Source of the DNA: Chrysomallon squamiferum
Lineage: Eukaryota; Animalia; Mollusca
DNA length: 64,000 bases
Direction of reading: 5' to 3'
NCBI GenBank assembly: GCA_012295275.1
Contig: CM022678.1
Span: 12,152,001-12,216,000, forward strand
Part shown: positions 41,446 through 53,266 of the stretch, in pieces
How the letters are laid out: each line of letters begins with the position of its first letter
How positions within the stretch are numbered: position 1 is the stretch's first letter
Notes under the pieces: model-generated
Database searches by the model: none
Seen by the model: the letters and a program-made list of their open reading frames with translations, nothing else
Told to the model about the DNA's origin: nothing
Program-made: the position numbers and the translations under genes

Positions 41446-44142
41446 GAAATGGCAAATATCAGTTGTATAATTAATTATACTTTATTATAAGCAAAGATTG
41501 GTGTTCACATCACTTGTAAGCATGCAGACTATATTCAGCATGTTTGTACAGTAAAGTACATTTTTAATAATCAAGAGTTCACTTGTATTCACTTTCCTGT
41601 GGAGTTTAATTATAAATATTTCTGTTTATTTTACAGAAGGGAAGAAATTAAACAGCTGCTGGGTGATGATGAAGCACCACTGTCTTTAACAGTTTTCCCC
41701 AGGTTTGTTGTTACCTTTACCTTACAAAACAACAATCAGTAATTATGTGCATGAAGAGTGTGAAAAAAAAAAGCATATTGAAAATGATTTTACATTTATA
41801 AACATCATTTGTTTCTACGAATTGCTTGAATATGTGCACGAAGAGTTTACAGTGTGAAAAAACTTGCATGTTGAAAATGATTTTACATTTATAAACATCA
41901 TTGTTTCTAAAAATTGCTTGAATGTGTGTAGATTTCTAAACATTCGGACTGTTTTGTTAAACGTTGTAGGTTGGGGTGTGGCCAGTTCACTGATCCGCCC
42001 TATGAAGCAAATCCATCCTCAGGAGCATCAAGGTCAATATTTTACCCTGACGAGGCTATCAACAGTGGCCATCCTAGATTCAAGTAAATTTTTTTATCAT
42101 TCTTTTCAAAAAAACTAACTTAGTACAAGAGTCACCGATTTTTCACTAATTTCTTACTCCTCCATGGACTTTAAAATCACATTTAAATGGACTATGTACA
42201 TTTTGAATGTATGATTGCAATGCAGCTCTGTACAAAGGTTTATTGGTTTGTTTTTTTTTAACTTAGAAATAGCTTAAGAATTCTTATAGTTATTGTTGAC
42301 TTGATGAATTGTTGGTAAGTGTATAGTTTTAATCTGATTGCTTTCAGAACCTTAACAAGAAATATCCGTGAAAGGCGAGGAGCAAAGGTTGCTATTAACA
42401 TACCAAGTGAGTGAGCTCATTTTGTTTATTTTTTATTTTTTTTTTAGCTTGATTATTAAAACCATAAAATAGCTCTCTTTGCATCAGAAATAAATGGTTA
42501 TGATAAAAGGCCAGGTTTACTTAAAACGTAATCTTCCTTTATTCTCAGTCATCATTAATCTTCAACATTATTTTATTATCACAGTCCTACTTTTCTTTTT
42601 TTAAAGGAATTAATATCTCTACAGACTTAGTCTAGCCCCCTTTTTTAACATTTAATTTTTGTTTTATCACTAATAAATTGTCAACAGCATTTCTAAAGAA
42701 TAAGTCAAGTTGACTTTGTTTTATAATGAAAAAGATAAAGAAATACCGAATTAAATATATATATATACACAATAAATTTCCTTTTACAAAGATGATGCTT
42801 ACAACAGATCTTTTCCTCATTATCAACCCAAGAAAGGCTTCAGTAGGTTTTTCTCTTAGAGAGTGATACTCTGACAAGTATTTACTGTTCACATTTCACA
42901 TACTGCAGTGACATTATTGTCATTTCAGTTTTCAAAGACAAAAACACAAAAGAACCATTTATTGAAGACTTCTCGCAGCTTGGTGACAACGGCAAATCTC
43001 AGAGTGCAGCCCTGCCCGACCACATCTACATGGACTGCATGGGCTTTGGCATGGGCTGCTGCTGTCTGCAGGTGACTTTCCAGGCCTGCTGCATGGCTGA
43101 GGCTCGACTCTTGTACGACCAACTGTCCACTCTCTGCCCCATATTTGTAAGTAGCTTTAAAACATCACTGAGCAGAGTGTCTTCTTTTACATAAAACATC
43201 ACTGCAGAGTGTCTTCTTTTACATAAAACATCACTGAGCAGAATGTCTTCTTTTACATAAAACATCACTGAGCAGAGTGTCTTCTTTTACATAAAACATC
43301 ACTGTGCATAATGTCTTCTTTTAAATAAAACATCACTGAGCAGAGTGTCTTCTTTTAAATAAAACATCACTGTGCAGAATGTCTTCTTTTAAATAAAACA
43401 TCACTGTGCAGAATGTCTTCTTTTAAATAAAACTTCTATTAAAATGAGTCTTTTCATGTACAGTGGTACATTTTAGATCAAATATCTTAGGTTTGTTTGG
43501 TAGTCTTCATTTTGTTTTTATTGCCACAAAAATAAAAAAAAATAAAAATGCAACCAACAGAAAATCTTTATTTATATAATTGTTTTAATAATGTCTTTTT
43601 AAGTTGAATATTTGTCTTTGTAAATAGCATAGCTTTTCACATGAATGTCTTTTTTAAATATTTAATTTTGTATTTAAGTTAAATAGTTGTCTTCATACAT
43701 TATACATCTTTCAACATAGAATATCTTCTTTTTTTTTTTATTTATTTATTTATTTCTTTTTTTTAATGTTTTTTTAAGTTGTGTATCTTATTTTGTAAGT
43801 GATGGAATTTTTTACGTACAATATTCTTTATTTAATTATTATTTAATAATTTTGTGTATAAGTTGAATATCTGTGTAGGTAGCATCCCTTTTGAAATGGA
43901 ATATTTTTATTTAGTTAAGTTTGCAGAGTTGATTCAAAATTAGAATTCTGTATATTAACAAATCTTACTCCATATAATTGTGCCCAGTATTTTTGCAATT
44001 GTGTCTTAGAAACAAGACACAATTTTAGTTGCTTGAAAAAAACTTAAATATTTTTTTTTTCAATGTAGTATATTTCTTGCTAAAAAGAATAATAATTTTT
44101 TTCCCTTCTTTTTAATATATCTTAATTTTCTTTTAAATTCTT

Positions 44143-44173
<31 letters not shown>

Positions 44174-45695
44174 CTACAAGCATTTAATGATTGTTATGTT
44201 CCTTCCCCATTCCTGTCCCTCTGAACAAGCAATAACAAATCAGTAATACATCAGCATGGAAAGAAAAACACGAAAATTATATATCTTGATTAAATTTCAA
44301 CTAGCTGTTTATTATTTAGTTTTTACATGAGTTATTACACTTGCATGAAGACTTAATAGTAATCTTGCCCACAAAAATATAGCAGATTATCTAAATATTT
44401 CAAAATTTTAAACTGTTTCTTCTTATTTGTTAACATCTGTTGACAACAGATTCCTAGTATTTTTAAAAACAATAAAGGAATAGTTTCTGCTTGGTCAGTC
44501 ATCATATTTGTTACTTCATTAAAAATAATTTCTCTGACTCTACTAGAAATGTTCTGTGTATTTTATTATTATCAAATTGAGAAAGTAATTGCAATTAAAT
44601 CAGCAGACAAACTTTCTTTAAAACCCTTTCTTGTTTTCTCTCTATTTGATACAGTTTATACTCTGTGCAATCACGGACTATAATCTTATGACTGATCTTT
44701 CTGGCCAGTCTAAAACTCGTCTAAGGATGCTAACATGAAACTACAATTTTTGATTACTATATCGCTAAATATTTGAATAATTCTGTGAACAGACTGCAAG
44801 AAAATACATTTTTTCGAAAAAAAACAGTTTTTTCAGAAAAACATCTCTTCGTATAACAAATAAACCGTGAAAGCGTTGTAGTTTGCATGAACCCAGCTTT
44901 CTCCGTAGCCTCCGTCAACTAGCATCACATACACCTGGTCTCCGAAGGCCAGTTTGCTGATTGTCTGGATGCTGCTGGACGGGTAGAAACCAGCATTCTT
45001 GCTGTCGTCTGCCCACAGAGCAGCCACGGGTCGGTTGTTGATGAAAATCCTCGCGTTCACCTTGGCCCCTGGGTGTGACATGAGATAGAGAGAGATGACG
45101 TAGATGCCTGGAATTGACGTCATGAAGACGCCCGAAGTGTTGTCGTAGTTGTCTGCTAGGTCGATCAGTTTGAGGTCAAAGGGGATGATGACGTTTTTGT
45201 CAGGGCCAAAGTGGTCAGTGAGCACCGCTGTGGATGCAGCCTGAAGTTTTACTTGTGGAAGGTCTTCAGTTGTGTTGGCTGCTGGTCCTGGTGGTCCTGG
45301 TTAAAATAAAATTGAGAAATATAAGAACAAATAACACACGTTTTAAAATTTTTAACTCATTGAGACTACATAACTATATAGTTACATACATTATGTAGAT
45401 AGATTACAGAGATATGGATATAGAAAATGATATAGATAGATATACATGCTATTTGCTATTTATTTACTTATGTTTTTTTGAGAACTAATGAAAAATAATC
45501 ATTAGAGCCTGACTTTTCCCCCTTTTTAACAGTTAACTTTTCTTTTGTCACTTTTAAATTGTTAAATAACACCACTAAAGACTAAGACTAGCCTTAATGA
45601 AAATATAGAAAAAATATTAAATTATATTATATAAAATATATATGTATAATATATAGATATAAAATTGTTTTTCAAAGATTTTGTTTCTTTGTCTG

Positions 45696-45732
<37 letters not shown>

Positions 45733-47553
45733 ATTTCATTGTATAGGTAACTTTGGTTTGTTTAATTTTGGATTTAATTTTTTTAAAGTTCACTCACCTC
45801 TTTCTCCTTTGTCTCCTTTTTCTCCTTTTGGGCCTCGAGCTCCTTGTAACCGACTGGCTCCTTTTTTGTTTGCTCTCTTTTTCTTTTTGGCAGCATCTTG
45901 TCTACCTGAAAGAACAGAAAACAAAAATTACTATTATTGTGCAAATCCAGATATTAAGTTTTAAAATATATCTATTTCTCTCTTTCTCATTTTGTGTGTT
46001 CATTTAGAAGTAAAATAGAAGGGGTCTAAAATATTGAGTTGCTAAAAACAGCACAAAAAAAAGACAATGGAACTGTATTAATATTTACCTGTACTCTTTG
46101 GTTTCATTAATTATGGGTTTGTTTTTAATGAAGAGAGTTTGGAAGTGTTATCTAAACACAAACCTGCTGGTGACATTAACATAGGCATAGGCTGTGGAGT
46201 GTCACCAGTGTGACCTTGAACTTCAGGACGAGAAGAATTTGCAGAAATCTTCTTCTTCTTCCTTATACGTCTTGGTTTTGTTTTCTTCTTTGATGAACTT
46301 GACACAGTCACTTTAGTAGTTGTTGCTCTGTTTGTCCCCGAGGTTGCTGATTGTTTAGAAGATGATGGTGTTGGTGTTGTCAGGTTTTCTGTATTAGATG
46401 AGGTTTGTCTGTTTTTTCTAGTTTTGTCGCCCCTTTCTTTTGGTGATGTTATATGTGTACTGGTATTCAGTTGTGTGGTTGTTTTTCTGGGAGATGTTTG
46501 TATTGATGGTGTTCTAGAAGATTTCTTCCTAGCAGGATTAGAACTTGATATCTCAGATCTTGTTTGAGGTGCATTTGAATTTGCACCACCATCATCATCA
46601 TCATCGTCGTTGTCTTGGTTATTGGTCTTATCATCCTTATTATCATCATCTTTGTTATCATCATCAGAGGCATGGTCATTATTCTCAGGTATATGCTCAT
46701 CATTGAGAGAGATTCCAATTCCTCCATTACCAGTGTTTGTGTTTTCTGACTGTGTCTGTCTGTTTGAAGTTGTGTTATTTGGTATCCACAGTTTGATGTT
46801 AGAGTCATCAGTTGTTTGCTGTGTGGCGGAGCTGGTCGTTGTTTCACCTGTCTTCACAGACTTTCTTCTCAACTCAGTTGTTGTAGCTGCTGCCGTTGTA
46901 GCTGCTTGCTTCAAAGATGGTTTTGCATCTGTTACTGTTGTGTATATTTTGTTGTTCTCATATTTTTTTGTAGCCTTTAATGAGGACTCTGTTGTCGTGT
47001 CCTTTTTTGTTGATGTTTGTTTATTTGAGGTTGTTGTTGATGATGTTGTCAAGGTTGTGTTGGTAGTATTTTGTTCAGCAGTTGTTGGTTTCCATGACGA
47101 TTCTCCACATACTGTGATGAGAGTGAGGTAAACAGTAACCAGAATCTTCATGTTTACGATCATTACTTCTTCAGTCCATAAACATATCTAACAATATCTA
47201 CATATATAACAATCATTATGAATATATTTATAAATAAGTTAAACAGCAAAAAGAACAGTAACATATCTAAGGAACGGCAAATTGATTTTATTATACATTA
47301 ACCCAGATCAAACTGCAAAGTTCATTAGCTACATTTAAAATTTTGTTTAGGATTATATGTGTAATTATGTGTAATTATTTAAATACAGACTGTTATATTC
47401 TTTGGCACTGTTATATTGATTAATTTTAGACAAATAATAAAAAAATATATTAGTACAAATTATTATGTGTTACTATTTCATGCATTTTGTTCTAACTATA
47501 ACTTAATTTGATTATTTTATATATTTATTTATTTATTATTATAATTATTGTGG

Positions 47554-47592
<39 letters not shown>

Positions 47593-47977
47593 GGTATTTT
47601 AAAATAAAGGAGAGAAAATATATTTAAATGTTATTTTTATATGATAATTTAACTCACCTTGTGTGATCAGAACGTTTCTCCTGTTTCCACTTTGTTCCAC
47701 TGATAAAAATTAGTGAAAGAAGACAGTGTTTTAAAAAATAAACAGGAAAAGGCAGAATTCTTGTTTATTTCTGCCTTAACAGACCCAATCAATGTTTGTC
47801 ATCAACGGTTGATGTGTTGACACAGAGATCACAGAATTGACAGAAAGAGCTTAAGTGACATAGAAAAAGCTTGTCTTAAAGTGAGGGTGTGTGTGTGTGT
47901 GTGTATGTATGTGTGTATGATATAAAATTATGTATGTTTAAGTGTATGTGTTTTTGTGTCTATAAGATAGTGTGGTA

Positions 47978-48025
<48 letters not shown>

Positions 48026-51000
48026 ACAGAGAGAGATTTTGATTATATATTGATAGATTTTTATTTAGTTATTTTTAAGATTACACATTTATTTTTTTAT
48101 TTTTTTATTTATTATGAAGAGGAGTTTAGAATATATAAATTTTCACTTGCATTTTGCATTTTTGATGAATCTGTATCATTAAAAATATTTCCAACTAGCA
48201 AAAAATAAGTCCATATTTGAGAAGTGAAAACTGTCAACATTGCATGGTGCTCTCAGGATATAGTGGAATTTTTTTCACATGGTTAACATATTTTTAAAGT
48301 TGTTCTTGCTCTGATAAAATTCTGGGTGTATTTTATTAAATTATTCTTCTTGTGAATTTACATTTGTCCATATTTTTGATTTTTTACATCTTTGTTGCTT
48401 CTGTATTAATTATTAGACAGCTGTGTTTTTAATTTAACTATTTATTTATTTATTACTTTATCATCATCATCATCATCATTATTACTATTATTATTACTTT
48501 TTTGGGGTGAGATGACAGCTTTCTTCTATTTCTGAGATGACAGATAGAGAACAGAGAATTTGTTTTGTTTGTGTTTTAGTGACCATTAAATTTTTAGCTG
48601 TCTCTAATCTAGTTAGATTTCCATATAATTAGAATTTATTTTAATTTACATACTTGTCCACGCTGTATTAATTACATAGTATTTGTGTGTGAGATTAATG
48701 CACACACACACACACACACACTCACAGCATTGCAGTCTTTCTGAGTTGAGGTTAATTTGTAAATACATATTGTGTTTCACAGTTAAAGTTAATCTGTTGT
48801 TTTTCTTTGTTGAAGTTAATCTACACATGTAAGCTGTGTTTCTCTGTTGAGGTTGTTCAGTACATTGATGTATTACATGTTGATGTTAATGTAGACATAT
48901 TTACGTTGATTCATTAATCTATACATGTTCTCTGCTAAAATAATCCATACATGTTCAATACTGCACAGATTAATCTACAGGGTTTCAAAATTATTGATCT
49001 TTTCATATCTGAGGTTAATCTACACATTTACTGTGTTTCTTTGTTGAGGTTAATCAGTTTTTACATATGCTGTGTTGAACTAATCTACACATGTATTCTG
49101 TGTTTCTGAGTTAAGGTTTTTAATCTACACAACTACTGAGTTTCTGTTTTGATGTTGATTTATACATGTATGCTTGTTTCTCTATTGAAGTTAATCTGTA
49201 TATATGTATACTGTGTTTCACTGTTTAGGTTAATCTACAAATATCTTCTGTGTTTCTTAACTGAATTTTAATTTATATATTATTCTGTATTTGTGCTAAC
49301 TGAGGTCAACCAACACATATTTTAAAAAATTACATTTGCTGTTTTTTAGTACTGATGTTAATCTATGTTGCATTCTAGTACTGAGGTTAATCTACTTTAT
49401 TTTCAGTTAGCTTTGAGTGCAGCCTCGCCCGTGTATCGAGGTTATCTCTCGGACATCGACTCTCGCTGGACAGTGATTTCTCAGTCAGTGGACGACCGCA
49501 CACCACAGGAACGAGGTCTGGAGGTCAGTATGTGTAGGTCACACAGATAACAGAGTTGTTTGTTTAGACTTTGTATCAGAGACGCAGATAGAGAGCTAGC
49601 AGAGAGTTAGTATCAGAGACAAGATAGAGAGCTAGCAGAGATTTAGTATCAGAAACAAGATAGAGAGCTAGCAGAGATTTAGTATCAGAAACTCAGATAG
49701 AGAGCTAGCAGAGATTTAGTATCAGAGACAAGATAGAGAGCTAGCAGAGATTTAGTATCAGAAACAAGATAGAGAGCTAGCAGAGATTTAGTATCAGAAA
49801 AAAGATAGAGAGCTAGCAGAGATTTAGTATCAGAAACAAGATAGAGAGCTAGCAGAGATTTAGTATCAGAAACAAGATAGAGAGCTAGCAGAGATTTAGT
49901 ATCAGAGACAAGATAGAGAGCTAGCAGAGATTTAGTATCAGAGACAAAATAGAGAGCTAGCAGAGATTTAGTATCAGAAACAAGATAGAGAGCTAGCAGA
50001 GATTTAGTATCAGAAACAAGATAGAGAGCTAGCAGAGATTTAGTATCAGAGACAAGATAGAGAGCTAGCAGAGATTTAGTATCAGAGACAAGATAGAGAG
50101 CTAGCAGAGATTTAGTATCAGAGACAAGATAGAGAGCTAGCAGAGATTTAGTATCAGAGACAAGATAGAGAGCTAGCAGAGATTTAGTGTCATTTTTTAA
50201 AAAATACTTAAAAAACACCTGATGTTAACACTTCCTTTACTGTGATGTTCTTGTTATTTATCTTTTTAGTTTGTAAATTTGCGGCTAGTTAATTTCTTAA
50301 CTAAATCAAGTAAACGAGATTCCGATGCTGCTGATAGGCCACTATGTCACTCTGTGATGTTTAAACTGGCTTGTTTTGTTTACTTACAGCCTCTTGAGCC
50401 AGGCAGCTACAGGATAAACAAATCAAGGTACGATTCGATTGACAGCTACCTGTCTCCTGAAAGTAAGATTTACAACGACATTGACCTTGTGTACGACAAG
50501 CAGCTGTACCAGGAAATGATTGATGCAGGTAACCATGGCAACCGGTTGTAGCTTCTTTAATTTAGATCTTTGATTATATCATTTATATTAATTTTGATCT
50601 TTGGTTATATCATTTACGTTAATTTGGATCTTTGGTTATATCATTTATGTTAATTTGGATCTTTCTTTATATCATTTATGTTAATTTGGATCTTCGGTTA
50701 TATCATTTATGTTAATTTGGATGTTTGGATATATCATTTATATTAATTTAGATCGAAAGGTTATATCATTTGTATTAATTTAGATCAAAAGGTTTTATCA
50801 TTTATTATAATTCATTTGGATGCTCACAAAATAACTCAAATAACTAAGATTTTTTTTCACTCAGTTCATTCTTTCTGATAAGCAAATCTTCTTTTAATAC
50901 ACAAGGTTATATTTACTATTATTACAGAAACAGTAATATTTTGATAACACAAGTTATATCATTATTAAAAATGGTATTATCTGAGTTCAGTGTTTATCTT

Positions 51001-52922
51001 TACAGGTAAAATAGTGATTATTTTATATCATATAATATTTTATAACTGTCATCTTCATACCTCTGTCTGACACCCAACGGCCAAACTGCTTATTGTGCTG
51101 GGAGTCATTAAGCAAACATTGATTCATTCATAAATACAAGAATAGTTGTTATTTAATTACAAGCATAATATTTTGTAGTCGCATGCATGGTAATTATTTT
51201 TTAATTAGTTTTGATAGTTCATTTATTAAATGATATTTATTAAAATAAAAGGTAATTTTTAATTTTATTTACAGGTATTGATAATTAATTTATTATTGGT
51301 GTGATAGTTAATACAATAACAGGTATTTTTTTAATTGCAGGTGTAGATAATTAATTTATTAGTGGTGTGATAGTTAATATAATAACAGGTATTTTTTAAT
51401 TACAGGTGTAGATAATTAATTTATTATTGGTGTGATAGTTAATATAATAACAGGTAATTTTTTTAATTACAGGTGTTGATGATGCTTTATCTAAACATAT
51501 GGCTCACCTTTTTATTCGTGATCCAATCACTTTGTTCAGTGAAAACCTGGACCAGAATGACGAGGAGGACACCAATCATTTTGAGGTTTTTATTATTTAA
51601 TATTTCTTACTTCTTTCATGTGGTATTTAATTTTTATATATTATTATTATTATTATTATTATTAATTTAGTTTTTTCTAAATGAAATCATTTTAATAGAT
51701 TTGTTATAATCATTGTTATTTGTATCATTATTAATAATATTGTTATCGGTTCTAACTTTTGTAACACTGTTATCATGTTATGTTTCATTTTATACAAAAT
51801 TTCAAATTTACAAGATACCGTGGACATAGATAAAAAGAAAATAAAAATAAAAAAAATAATAAGAAAGAGAAAATAAGAAAGATATAATCTTTGCTTCTGA
51901 AATTTCCAGGATTTTTCAGATTTATTCATTATGTGACTGAAGTATTGACAAACTGCACAATTCTCTTAAATTTTTGGATTCAGCTATCTTGTCATTAAAA
52001 ATTCTATTTTTAGAATATCCAGTCAACCAATTGGCAGACAATGAGATTCAAGCCTCCGCCTCCGAATTCAGACATTGGTTGGCGAGTGGAATTTCGACCA
52101 ATGGACTGCCAGCTCACAGATTTTGAAAATGCTGCCTATGTTGTCTTCATTGTCCTTCTTACCAGAGCCATCTTGAGTTTTAAACTCAATTTTCTTATTC
52201 CTATCTCTAAGGTAAATTATAAAATCTGAGTATATTTGAGTCAGATGTTAATGTATTTAGTGTTCAGTTGTGTTGTTTGTTTGTGACTGTAAAGCTTGTG
52301 TCTGTGGTGAAAACATACATACACATACAAACAAATGTGTTTATTTCATGTAAATTTAATTTTTTTCACATCTAAATTAAATGATCACAAAATCATAATT
52401 CATTCTAATTTTTATTTTGTTATTAAGAATTACAAACAATATTTTTATAATATTTTTAATATCATGAACCAGAAGTATCAGTTATTATTTTCATTTTAAG
52501 GACATTTATTTATATCATGTATTTTATGTCCTGAACTTGAAGAATAAATATTTAATTAAATATTTGTTTTCTTTCATATTTCAGGTAGATGAAAATATGA
52601 AAACTGCTCATGAGAGAGATGCTGTTCGGAATGGGAAATTCCACTTTAGAAAAGATGTCCTCACTGGTACTAATAGCTGATAATGTCAGAGTTTTAATTA
52701 TTTTATTGTAAATTAACATTATTATTTTCATTATTATTACTATTACTACTACTACTACTATTATTATTATTATCATTATTATTATTAATACTATTATTGT
52801 TTCTACCACTACAACTATTATTATAATTATAATTATTATTATTATTATTATTACTTTTGTAATTATTACTATTATTATTACTCAAAAGTAACATAGTTTT
52901 TACTATTATTCTGAAATAAATA

Positions 52923-52953
<31 letters not shown>

Positions 52954-53235
52954 TTATCATTACTGTTATTATCACTGTTATTATCACTATTATTATTACA
53001 ATTATTAGTTATTATTACTATGATTATTATTATTATTGTTATTACTATTATATTATTACATTATTATTATTAATATTACTATTATTACTGTTACTATTAT
53101 TACTATTATTATTATTATTATTATTATTACTGTTGTTATTATCACTATTATTATTACAATTATTATTACTATGATTATTATTATTATTGTTATTACTATT
53201 ATTATTATTAATATCATTACTATTATTACTGTTAC

Positions 53236-53266
<31 letters not shown>

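Noticed and set aside
46467-47131. Overlapping ORFs 46610-47131(+) and 46467-46847(-), and similar shadow ORFs over the RING, secreted-protein, GCLC and DHHC genes
   Set aside because: Alternate-frame or antisense shadows of real coding exons with no independent motifs.
49685-50218. 177-aa ORF of ([12 protein letters not shown])n; regular array superficially CRISPR-like
   Set aside because: It is a 36-bp intronic minisatellite with no unique spacers; the unit is a multiple of 3, so one frame stays open by chance.
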